From: Eledone cirrhosa
Lineage: Eukaryota
Reading direction: 5' to 3'
DNA length: 64,000 bases
NCBI GenBank assembly: GCA_964016885.1
Contig: OZ024745.1
Span: forward strand, 77,314,001-77,378,000
Position 1 is the stretch's first letter. Each line of letters opens with the position of its first letter. Shown here one piece after another: positions 52,766 to 64,000 of the stretch. The notes below the pieces were generated by a model that made no database searches, was not told where the DNA came from, and saw only the letters and a list, made by a program, of their open reading frames with translations. A program made the position numbers and the translations under genes.

Positions 52766-53358
52766 GAGGTTGGTAATGGCACATGGAATATATAAAAGAC
52801 AGAATACTTTTTTGTGAAAAAACATATAATTTTATAAGGTAAGGAAATAATAAAGTGTATAAAAAATGACCGGTTTCGATGGGTCTGCAAAAGCCATCTT
52901 TTCAAATGTTGATTAATATTAAGAAAAATTAATAATAAGAAGAGTTAAAATTTCAGATTTGAAAATTCAAGTATAGAATTCATTGTGGGATTTCATAGTA
53001 GTTTTCATCTTGGTAGCAACTCGTTGACTGGTTCTGGCACTACCAGAAGCAGTCAACGAGTTGCTACCAAGATGAAAACTACTATGAAATCCCACAATGA
53101 ATTCTATACTTGAATTTTCAAATCTGAAATTTTAACTCTTATTATTAATTTTTCTTAATATTAATCAACATTTGAAAAGATGGCTTTTGCAGACCCATCG
53201 AAACCGGTCATTTTTTATACACTTTATTATTTCCTTACCTTATAAAATTATATGTTTTTTCACAAAAAAGTATTCTGTCTCTTATATATTCCATGTGCCA
53301 TTACCAACCTCAATTTTCTCTATAACCTTCGTTTTGTGTAGTAAATTACACTTTTCAT
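52760..53358 (+). mobile_element. Fold-back palindrome (~280-bp arms, centre ~53040) plus ~41-nt tail between (TA)n tracts; Penelope-like pLTR remnant
   Basis: 52760-53039 is the reverse complement of 53041-53317 with a few mismatches and a 3-nt indel. The ORF track shows the same peptide on both strands. Confidence 0.72.
53167..53214 (+). ncRNA. Minimal type I hammerhead ribozyme, U3-A8 core variant
   Basis: aacat-TTGAAAA-GATGG-cttttgcagac-CCATC-GAAA-CCGG-TC-atttt; GUC cleavage triplet, palindromic stem III. Mirror copy at about 52863-52910 on the minus strand. Confidence 0.68.
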
Positions 53359-53450
53359 ATATATATATATATATATATATATCATCATCATCCTCGTTTA
53401 ACGTCCACTTTCCACGCTAGCATGGGTTATATATATATATATATATATAT

Positions 53451-53799
53451 GTAAGTATGTTTTGAAACAGTGAGCGAGTTTGAAATTAGAAATATAAGCT
53501 TTCACCGTATTTTTGACTAAAGAAATTTTTAGCCTGATAGCGGGGTTTAGAACCCTCGGAGAAATGGAAAAAGATGAGTATTGACGTACATGGGAGTCGA
53601 ACCCACATCTTTGGTTATCCAGACCACTGTGCTACCATTGGTGTAATGATAGCACAGTGGTCTGGATAACCAAAGATGTGGGTTCGCCTCCCATGTACGT
53701 CAATACTCATCTTTTTCCATTTCTCCGAGGGTTCTAAACCCCGCTATCAGGCTAAAAATTTCTTTAGTCAAAAATACGGTGAAAGCTTATATTTCTAAT
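53451..53799 (-). mobile_element. Fold-back palindrome (~156-bp arms, centre 53642) with a tRNA-like core plus ~34-nt left tail, between (TA)n tracts
   Basis: 53485-53640 is the reverse complement of 53644-53799. The central part folds as a tRNA cloverleaf lacking the 5' acceptor strand. Confidence 0.7.
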
Positions 53800-53807
53800 A
53801 TATATAT

Positions 53808-55708
53808 ATGAAGGTCACGGAAAAAGTAATAGCGCAACTAATCAGAGAGAGAATTGATCTAGATGAAATGCAGTTCGGGTTTGTGTCAGGCAAAAGTACC
53901 ACAGACGCTCTTTTCATCGTACGACAACTACAGGAGAAGTACCTAGCTAAAAGTAAACCCCTATACTTAGCTTTTGTTGACTTGGAGAAAGCCTTCGACA
54001 GAGTCCCCCGTTCCATTATCTGGTGGGCTCTTAGAAAACTAGATGTTGACGAATGGCTTGTGAGAGCTATACAAGCCATGTATAAAGAAACAGTCAGTAA
54101 GGTTAGAATTAACAACGAATATAGTGAAGAGTTTAGCGTAAAAGTTGGTGTCCATCAGGGCTCTGTTCTTAGCCCCCTACTATTTATTATTGCCCTTCAG
54201 GCTATAACAGAGGAGTTCAAGACCGGCTGCCCATGGGAACTCCTATACGCAGATGATCTAACGCTCATAGCTGAATCAATGACCGAACTAGAGAAGAAAT
54301 TCCAGACATGGAAGCACGGCCTAGAATCAAAAGGCCTTAAAATTAACCTGGCTAAGACTAAAGTTCTAGTTTGTAGGAAAGAAAATAAGGCGGCGGTCCC
54401 TTCCGGGAAATGGCCATGCTCAGTGTGTAGGAAAGGCGTAGGTAGAAACTCCATTTTATGTCCCCAATGCAAAGTATGGCTGCATAAAAGATGTAGTGGG
54501 ATCACAGGTAAGCTAACTAAGAACATAGATTTTACATGTGGCCGGTGCTCTGGTGCAATAAGTAGCAGCAAGTGCCCACTAAATACTAGCTCTTTCAATT
54601 GCGCAGAGGGTTCTATAGAAATAGTGGACAGCTTCCGTTACCTGGGTGACAAAATCAACAGTGGGGGAGGGTGCTCTGAAAGTACAGTAGCTAGAGTCAG
54701 AACTGGATGGAAAAAGTTCAGAGAGCTTATACCACTATTAGCCGCTAGAGGGTTCTCCCTAAAAATGAAAGGCAGGTTATACGATGCCTGCATACGAACA
54801 GCAATGCTGCATGGCAGTGAGACCTGGGCATTGTGTGCAGAGGATATACGCAGACTAGAGAGGAACGAAGCTTGCATGCTCCGCTGGATGTGCAATAGTA
54901 ATATACGTGAACAGCAAAGCATAAACGAACTAAGGAAAAAATTAGAAATAAGAGGGATCAGATGTTGTTTACTCGAGAGAAGGCTACGTTAGTACGGTCA
55001 TGTGATGCGCATGAAAGACGACAGCTGTATAACAAAGTGCAGGGTAATAAAGATAGACGGTAGCCACGGAGTAGGCAGACCCAGAAAAACCTGGGACGAC
55101 ATGATAAATTCCGACCTCACACGCTTACACCTCTCCAAGACAATGTCACTGGACCGAGACCTTTGGCGGTACTCAGTAATAGAGAAGACCCGCCTTACCT
55201 AAATACAAAGTAAAAACCTACTACAGTCAGTAGGCATCTCTATCAAAACACACCCCCCGTCCCACCACCTCCACCCCATCCACACCGCCCCTTTCAATGT
55301 AAAGTTATGTTGGTCCCACAACATCCAGGCCGAAACAAATGAGATCGTGTAGGTGTCACGACAAAAAAACACACAGTCCACGCTGTAAATGTGGCCGTGT
55401 AGGCAACACGGTAAAAACCTCCCAGTCCCACACTGTAAATGTGGTTGGTGTTAGGAAGGGCATCCAGCTGTAGAAAACACGCCAGACAGTCCACGCTGTA
55501 AATGTGGCCATGTAGGCAACACGGTAAAAACCTCCCAGCCCCACACTGTAAATGTGGTTGGTGTTAGGAAGGGCATCCAGCTGTAGAAAACCCGCCAGAC
55601 AGTCCTATGCGAGCAAGACAACCACTCTTGCCTCAAGTGGGAAAACCCCCGTCCAAACCCATGCAAGCGTGGAACACGGACGCTAAACCTGATGATGATG
55701 ATGATGAT
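53808..55708 (+). mobile_element. Young 5'-truncated RTE LINE (RT, PHD-type finger, C-terminus, 3' UTR, (GAT)n)
   Basis: 394-aa open frame with QFGF, LYLAFVDLEKAFDRV, GVHQGSVLSPLLF, LLYADDL, FRYLGD. A single in-frame TAG at 54990-54992, then the frame continues to 55202. (TA)n on both sides. Confidence 0.95.
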
Positions 55709-55720
55709 ATATATATATAT

Positions 55721-56669
55721 AAGTTTATCCAAATATAATTTATTGTGGTTATAACTATAAGTAGGTTAAACATACAGAAATAGAAAGCAGCATTGGAAAG
55801 GACTATAAACGCCATAAATGAGTGGAAAAGGGAGGGAAGAGCAAGGACTACTAGACAAAGGAAGAAAGAAAGAAGGGGGAGAGGGTGACAGACTCTACAC
55901 AAAAGTCAAAGCAGTGTTTCAGCTGCACCCTGCAGACAAAATGGCAAAAGCCTGCATAAGAAGGATCAGATGGAATGTACAAGAGAGGAGATTGTGGTGG
56001 ACTTTGTGCTTTTTGTCATGGCACAACATTGTGGGAGATCATATGTTTAGCTTTCATGGACTGGGCAGGTGAGATGTGTCAGGACTCGGTGGGGTGCAGG
56101 TGAGTTTGACGCCTATTAGGTGCATAGGATATTTAAGTGTGATCAGGGTAGTGAGGTAGGGGTGCAAAGGATTACTGCAGGCTAGTGTATTCCCTGCATG
56201 TTTGTTTTGTTTCACTTTGTGCATATGGGGGGAGGAGGGGACTCTTCTGCAGTATAGCATGGCACCAGAGATCTCATCCTGTGTTATCTCCTTTGTTAGA
56301 TTTACTTGGGCAAGGTCAGCTTTTATCACTTCATCCCAAGTTTTCCTAGGTCTTCCCCTCTCATAGTTGCCATGCATCACATGCCCAAACCACCACAATC
56401 TCCTCTCTTGTACATTCCATCTGATCCTTCTTATGCAGGCCTTTGCCATTTTGTCTGCAGGGTGCAGCTGAAACACTGCTTTGACTTATGTGTAGATTCT
56501 GTCACCCTCTCCCCCTTCTTTCTTTCTTCCTTTGTCTAGTAGTCCTTGCTCTTTCCTTCCTTTTCCTTTCATTTATGGCATTTATAGTCCTTTCCAATGC
56601 TGCTTTCTATTTCTGTATGTTTAACCTATTTATAGTTATATCAACAATAAATTATATTTGGATAAACTT
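55721..56669. repeat. 280-bp inverted duplication (55721-56000 / 56390-56669)
   Basis: Arms are reverse complementary with roughly a dozen differences by eye. Confidence 0.9.
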
Positions 56670-56705
56670 TCTGTGATATGATACATCAATAAATGGAAGA
56701 GCCTC

Positions 56706-56930
56706 TTAATCCTTTTGTTACAAACCTATCCAAAACTGTCTTTAGTTTTATAGAACAAAAAATCTATTCTTAATTAAAATCTCCCAACATAATTTTATGA
56801 GAATGTTTTGAATATATTATGAATACCTTGTTAATAAAGAAATAATAGTTATAGTAAATCCCTCCAAATTCTTTATTAATTAATCCCAAAACAGTGTATT
56901 TTATTAAAAATATGGTAATGAAAGGGTTAA
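56706..56930. mobile_element. Second TTAA-flanked MITE family
   Basis: ttaa-tccttttgttac ... ggtaatgaaaggg-ttaa; a related left end at about 17120. Confidence 0.55.
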
Positions 56931-58639
56931 CCTTTGATAGTTAAAACGACTTTTTGTATGGGCTATATTAAACCTTCAGTATTTTATCTGTTATATAAAT
57001 GTTTTTTGTCTATTTATTCATTTTTGTGATGGGGTTTCCTTAGGTCTTGTGAAACTATAGATTTGCACTTGGAGCGTTCCTCTTCAGGCTGCAGGCCTGG
57101 GCAATTTTTCTTTTCTTTTTTTGGAAGACCAGTAGTTGCCTGAACATATGAGTTTTGCTCTCCACATCACTGATATTGTCCAAGGGAAAGGCAAGGACTG
57201 ATACAGCTCTGCACCACTGTTTTTGCAGATGAACTCAGAACAGAAAGGCTTCATGCCCAATGCTCTAACAATTCTGCCAGCCCCCTGCCCAGAACTGGAT
57301 TTGATTTGTCAACCCCAAAAAGTTGAAAGGCAATTTTGACCTCAGTAGGTCTACTGATTTCAAATCAGAGAGAGTTGAAATAAATACCATGAGGCATTTT
57401 ATGCAACACTCTTAATCATCATTGTCACCATTTTATGCCTACATTTCCTGGTGTGTATGGATTGAATGGGTCTTTTTTAGCACAGCAGACTAAAGTGGCA
57501 AATTGTGCAATGTTGATGTTTGTGAACAACAAAGCATGGATGAACTGTGAGAAAAACTGGGTATAAGAGGAATCAGATGTAATGTGCAGTAGAGAAGACT
57601 GAGCTGGTATGGACATGTGATGCATATGAATGACAATCACTGGTTGAAGTTTCAGCAATTTGAGGTTAGCTCTCACCACCTCTATCCAGGTCTTTGGTTT
57701 TCCTGTACTGCAGCTTCCCTCTGAGATTTCTTGGCATTTCTTCACCCAGTGATTATCATCCATATGCATCACGTCCACACCAGCACAATCTTCTCTTTTG
57801 CACACTACACCTGATTCCTCTTATACTTAGTTTCTCTCTCAGTTTATCCATACTTTGTCATTCACATACATTAACATTGCACAATTCGCCACCTTTGCCT
57901 GTTGTATCGTTGTAAATTATATACATCATAATAATGACTGATCCTGACCTTATTGAAGAATAGTTAAGATGCTTTGCAGCAACCACTATGATAAAATACT
58001 TAGGAGATAATGATGAACATAGTGGTCTGAAAAAGATAAAACTTTTATTTTTTATCAAGAGTCAGTATTAAGGTTATTCTGAATATGTTACTAATGGCTC
58101 ATCCGAGACAATTGGTGGATATGTGTTTCAGGGAAATATGGTAGACGATAATAGCTAATGTGATACCTAGAAAGAAGTTGGTCATTGCAGAACAAATCAG
58201 GTTTATATCTCAGTGTCAAGGAATTCTTCTTGAAAGAAGAAAAAAAGGCACCAGGGTATAAAGCAGCATAAATATTATCTCAAGTTATTATTAGGAGCAA
58301 ATGTCAGTGAATGCCTTAACTCTTTAGCATTTACATTACTCTATATTACTATTGTATTTTCATGGTAAATACTTATCTCATATAATTATCTCACATAATA
58401 TCGAATCTATGAGATTTAAATATTATTTATTTTGAGAACACTACCTTGACATAACTATGAGCAGCCGGTTATGGTCGGAAAGCGGTGAAAAAATTCTGGC
58501 CAGACATGGCTGGTTTAAATGTTAATAGGTTAACAAAGCAATAAAAGGCATCTTCAAATCTAGTTTATTAAAAGGCACTTCTGCTTAATAACCCTAGTCA
58601 TTCTTTCAGGATTGTATCGGTATCAATCCAGTGTGGAGA

Positions 58640-59120
58640 GCGTCTTCTTCTCCTCCTCCTCCCCCTCCTCATTCCTGGAAAGGTTATGGGGGCACACCTA
58701 CCAGTGGGTCTCAGAAGCAACCATCGCCAATTGACCCGACTGGTTCCCAAGTGATACCAGCCAAACTCATGGATGTTATCCAACCATCTTGCTCGGGGTC
58801 TACCCTTGGGTCTTCTGCTAGTTGGTTTTGCCTGTAAAATCTGTCCAGCAATTCTTTCCTTAGACAATCTGACCATGTCTATAGTATTGGAGCTGTGATC
58901 TCTGGCCTACACACATTCTGTCATGTAACATTACTCTAAAGGTCCTTTCTAAGAACCCCATTTCGGCTGGTTGTACTCGTGATCATATTCTTTCAGTCAC
59001 TGCCCAAGATTCATGACCATAGGTAAAGGTTGGCACAAAAACTGAATTAAAGACACTAAGTTTGGCTTTTATCCCTACATCCCTTCTGATGACAAAATGC
59101 TGAAGCTAACTCATTACTAA
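58640..59120 (-). mobile_element. Expander/Rex3-like RTE 3' fragment
   Basis: RLSKERIAGQILQAKPTSRRPKGRPRARWLDNI. Confidence 0.8.
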
Positions 59121-59136
59121 GAGTATGTTCCACATA

Positions 59137-59415
59137 TAATAATAATAATGAAATTATTGTGTAAAGTGATCAGGTGCACTACAACTCGTCAAAGGTGTAT
59201 GTATAGTACATAGAATAATACACAAATGTCAGGGAAGTACATGTGTGTATGTGTTAGCTGTAGTGTTGGCGGATCTCGGGAATCATGGAGGCCTTAAAGG
59301 ATGCAGTGTCTCGACAGCTAACAACTGATGCAGGTAGTTTGTTCCATGCTTCAGCAACTCTGAGCGTGAAAAAATGTTTCCGAAAGTCATGGGAACTGTG
59401 CTGTTTTCTTACTTT
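59137..59415 (-). mobile_element. CR1-clade LINE 3' end with (ATT)n tail
   Basis: KVRKQHSSHDFRKHFFTLRVAEAWNKLPASVV...SFK is the CR1 C-terminal motif. Confidence 0.8.
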
Positions 59416-59732
59416 GTGGGCAAGTAGTGATATAAGGTAGTTTTTAATCACAAGATTTGTTCAGACTTATAGATAACCCATAATATTGAATCTGCCTTTC
59501 ACTTATTAGCCAAAATGAAGTTTATGTAGAAATCGATTTCTGAGGATCTTGCCACAAACTTCAAATAGAAAATGACTTAAAAAACCCCCACTGCTTTTAA
59601 TACCCCTATTGGTTCAATTAGATAGACATGAATGCCTTAAGGCATAAAATCTGTAAGTGCCATATTTAAATGAGCAATAGAAAAGACCTTAAGGCATGAT
59701 ATAAAAGAATAAGATAATATATCAGTATTATA

Positions 59733-59835
59733 TACCGTATATACTCGAATATAAGTCAATCCAAATATAAACTGGCCCTCCTAATTTATGTCTGAGAAAT
59801 GGGCAAAAATCCAAACCCTATTTATAGGCCGAGGT
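59733..59835 (+). mobile_element. Tc1/pogo-superfamily terminal fragment
   Basis: ta-ccgtatatactcgaatataag resembles known Tc2/pogo-type TIRs; no partner end seen. Confidence 0.4.
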
Positions 59836-61974
59836 AGCTAATTAACACATTATGTTTAGTGGTGGATTAGCAGAATTGTTGGAGCATTGGACAATAAGGT
59901 GTAAGTTTAAGGTGTTATCGTGCATGGAAAAAAAAAAAAAAAATCTTTGAATTTCTTCCGACTATTAACGATTGTCAGTAATCTTTTTGCAACCTCTTGC
60001 AGTAGCGGTTATGTCCTCTACATTCAAATCAAGATAGACCTATAAAGGAATAAATATTAGAATTTCTTTTCGTAGCTTGTTAGCTTGGAAGGTCAAACAT
60101 AATATATAGAATGTTAATTTTTCAAAATCGAAATAATTAAAATAATATTCTTTCTGTATCTGTTAATGAACATTATTATTCATTAACATCATCATCGTTT
60201 AATACATCTTTTCCATGCTTACATTGGTTGGATAGGCTGTAACTTCCTGAGGCCAGACCACTTTATAGCATCGACTAGGAGCATTTTTCAAGGCACCACC
60301 ACTTCCATTTTTCAGGGTGGATTGGGTGCTTTTTGTTGTGATTCCATCTCAACCACATTGCAGGGTGGACTGTGTTCTTTTTATCATGGCACCAACACTA
60401 CCACCTCACAAATTGGGCTGAAATGTATTGAGTTATGGTTAATTTTCTTCTTGTTAGTCTTGGCCTGTTTATGACCATGGATTTAGAGAGATATATCAGT
60501 ATGACTGAAGTTATGATATTGTTTAATTTGAATAGTTTTGACAGCAGATGAAGATAAAATATTGACAGGTTTTCAAGGGATGCAATTCTGGAAAGATTAA
60601 AAAAAAAAAAAAAAAAATTAGCAAAGCTCTTAGAGAATTGATAATATATGCAGAGCATGAGAGGTAAATTCTCTCCTTGGATAAGACACAACCTATCGCT
60701 AGTAAAAATATCAGTTCATTTATTCCTATCAGATTAGTAAATTGAAGTCATGTAGAATAAGGTGTTCTTCTTGGGAACATTGAAAAGTCATCAGTGAATT
60801 CAGACATATTACCCACTCGGTCATTTAACCTTAAGTTAGTATAGCTCTTGTATACACATGTTAATGTATAAAATTGAAAGCTAACTTCGTTGTCACAATA
60901 CATATAAGATCTTCTCATGAAATAGTTGTCTGTTTAGGAAGTTTTTTTTCTCGCCTCACATTCACACAAGCTATCTCTGAATTTCATTTGGTTTTGTATG
61001 CATAAATAATTTATTGCATCTATGCTAATAGTCTAACAAGGGTGTCTCTATGGTCATTTTATCTGCTTGAAATAACAATAGGCCAATCTCCCTCAGACTT
61101 TAATAAAGGAAGGAGACATCAGATAATGTAGTTCTTGACACACTAGACTTAAAAGGAAAAAGATAGAATACACATGGCTTGGATTATGGTATATCTGGAA
61201 ACAAAAAATGATTGAACAAGTATGCTGAATTAGAGCTGACATGTGGCTAATTTTAAATAACAACCTATTTTATTTAACATAGTACTTCTGTATATACCCC
61301 TCTCTCTCTAGTGTCCAAAATGTTAGATTCTATCACTCCATAAGGTAAATCAAACTACCAAACTTTTCTATAAACTCTTTTATGGATCAATTCAATTTTT
61401 GGTAACCACTATCACCAATTTCCTTGGAATTCTAAATACAATGTATTCCTATACCCCTCTACAATAGTTTCTAACTAAAAAGACAGCCCCTATGCAGTTG
61501 CCCAACATGCTAGAAATAATAACTGTTTCAATTTCATCGCATCATTTACTTAAAATTGTGAGTTAAAATCCTCATTTGGTCATACTTAAAACCACAATAT
61601 TGTATTCACTCCAAAACATTTTGAAATTGGCAGAATCACTTGATTAGAGAATCCTCCCAACACTTTCTATACAAACACACACAAACAAGAAAGAAGAAAA
61701 AATCACTTATAATTGTTTTTCTTTTTTATTTACAACTGATTCTGTAATAAGTTGTGGAATTAAATAAATGTGCTGAAAATCAAAATACGATTTTAAAATT
61801 TCAGTGAAATCAAATAATATGGAGTATAAATGATATAATTTGATTTTTATTCAAAACCCCTTTACCATATATTTCAACTCCCACTTAGAAACATTTTATT
61901 ACATCACTAATATCTTTAGAAAAAAGATGAAGGAATTAGTTTTTTTCTCTTTCCTAAAATTCCTACATTGTTTT

Positions 61975-63575
61975 ATAAGTCTTCTCTTCTTCTTCATCCA
62001 CTTATTTCTGACAGAGTACTGTCAGAAGCAACCAGCTCCAACTTATCCGGCTTGATCCCCAAGCATGACCAGCCAAGCTCATGGATGTTATCCAACCATC
62101 TTGCTCAGAGTCTACCCCCGTGTCTCCTGCCAGTTGGTTTTGCCTGTAAAATCTGTCCAGTGATTCTTTCCTGAGACATTCTTATCACATGCCCATAGTA
62201 TTGGAGCTGTGATCTCTTAATTCGGAGAAGTAGTGGCTCTAACTGGAGTGACTCTCTGATCTTCAAGCTATGCACTCTATTGAGTAACATTACTCCAAAG
62301 ACCCTTTGGAGGAACCCCATTTCGGTTGCTTTTATTCACAATCATATTCTTTTGGTCATTACCCAAGTTTCATGACTGTAGGTAAGAGTTGGCACGAATA
62401 CTGAATTGAAGATAGTGAGTTTGGCTTTTAAACTTACCTCCTTTCTTCTAATATCCAAATGCTGAAGCTGGCACATTACTGCACCAGTTCCTGCAAATCT
62501 TGCACTTAATTCAGCCACCTGCCTTCCACCACTTGTAAACACAGCACTTGAACTTCTCCACCTTCTTCAGTGGCATACAATTTACATGTAGAGTTCACTG
62601 TGCAGGCTTCCTTGAGAAGATGAGCATCTCAGTTATTGCAGCATGTCGTCTGCAAATTCCAGTCAACTCATTTTTCACCTGCCAGTCATGATACCACTTC
62701 CAGCCTGGCTGCGCATGTCAATCCTGTCCATGTAAATAATTATCAAGAGAGGTAACAGTACACACCCTTGGCGGAGTCTGACTCCTGCATTGAATGGTTT
62801 CAATTTAGCACCATTTATCTGAACACAAATACTTGGGCATTAGTATAGAGACATCAGGGCAAGAAGAAGCTGACCATCGATTTCATACTCCTACACAACC
62901 TTCCACAGCAGGTCACAAAGAACTCGGTCATATGCCTTTTCAAGGTCTACAAAGCAAGAATATACCTCTTGGCAATGCTCCCACGATTTCTTGAAGACCT
63001 GCTGCAGTGTGAATACTTGGCCGGCTGTGCTGCATCCGGGGTGAAAACCACACTGTTCATCAGCTAGCTTGGACTCGTCAATCTCCCTGGATCTCTTTTC
63101 CAAGTACTTAACATAGAATTTACTGGGGAGGCTTAATAAGGAGATCCCTCTGTAATTGAAACAAACCCTCTTGTCTCTCTTTTATCACTCCCGATTGTCA
63201 TCGCTTAGGTGCCTTTCCAGAGATCCAGGCCACCCGGCACACACAAGCCAGCCAGAGAATACCTTCTCTATTTAAGGCTTTTAACATCTCAGACTGGATT
63301 TCATCTTCTCTGCCAGCCTTGCCACATTTGAGCTCTTTAACTGCTCTTGTGACCTCAGCCTCTGAGAGATTAGTCATCACTCCCAGATGCACCATCACTC
63401 CCAGATGTACATCAGAAGATGCTGTTGTGATTGGGTTTAGGAAATGAGCAAAGTATTCTCTGCACCTCTGAAGAGAGGAGAATCCCAGATGCGTTCTTGA
63501 TAGCAGGAGTGGAGGAGGGCTTCTTATTATGAAGTCGGCGAATGGTCTGCCAGAACACTTTATTTGCTGATCTTA
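61975..63575 (-). mobile_element. Expander/Rex3-like RTE LINE, RT region, degenerate
   Basis: LKCGKAGREDEIQSEMLK, DEQCGFHPG.STAGQVF, CFVDLEKAYDRV, LQYYGHV; (GAA)n tail. Confidence 0.9.
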
Positions 63576-64000
63576 AGTCTTATAAGTGAAAAACAAATAC
63601 TTCAAATGCATTCTTGTTTGATTAATGTTTTAAGAATATGACACGAAGAGTTATTTCCCTTACATTGTTTCTAAAAAAAAAATTGATTTATACGTTCATA
63701 CAAAACTTAATTCCCCTTCAGACGCTCTTTCTCCTTATCTCTCCTTCTTTCTTTATCTATCATTTCTTTCTTTCTACGTCTTGTTTGGATGATTTAAATG
63801 TTTAAATAGCATTTATTGCTGGACTTTCTTGACCAAAATTATTAATATTTTAAAGGTTTATCCCATGGGAATTTTTTTTATATAAGATGGATTTGATAAA
63901 AATCAGGAAAAAAACAGACAATTAAGAGATGATTATTAACCCATAGCAACCTGTACCACATAAAACCACATTAACAGGGCATTCCTGAATAGTACAAAAA

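Noticed and set aside
52591-53420. Identical peptide MKRWLLQTHRNRSFF... on both strands
   Set aside because: A consequence of the DNA palindrome; no coding signature.
53638-53702. Functional tRNA gene (anticodon GGA)
   Set aside because: The 5' acceptor strand is missing, position 37 is a pyrimidine, and it is embedded in a fold-back. It is tRNA-derived, not a tRNA gene.
53808-54992. Domesticated host RT gene
   Set aside because: The ATG is created at the (TA)n junction of a 5'-truncated LINE, and several near-identical 3' copies exist in the window.

Overview
AT-rich, microsatellite- and retroposon-dense animal genomic DNA, most likely a coleoid cephalopod (Octopus-like). That assignment is an inference from the SINE/RTE repertoire and (TA)n density. 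One host gene can be fully reconstructed by hand: a 5-exon minus-strand MRPL10 (mitochondrial ribosomal protein uL10m; ATG at 35132, stop at 23869, 241 aa, all GT-AG junctions in phase). The rest is mostly layered mobile DNA: young and old RTE-clade LINEs (one with a PHD-type finger), R4/Dong-like and CR1-like fragments, two tRNA-derived SINE families, a mariner relic, a piggyBac transposase relic plus TTAA MITEs, and a non-autonomous Helitron. The most striking unexplained structure is a set of four mutually unrelated near-perfect fold-back palindromes (arms about 67-280 bp). Each abuts a (TA)n tract and carries a one-sided 35-65 nt unpaired tail, the geometry of Penelope-like element insertions. 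Two contain minimal hammerhead ribozymes with a compensatory U3-A8 core. One is built around a nearly complete tRNA-like cloverleaf, a candidate SINE mobilised by Penelope-type machinery. An exon-like island inside MRPL10 intron 2 may be a poison exon or a captured exon.
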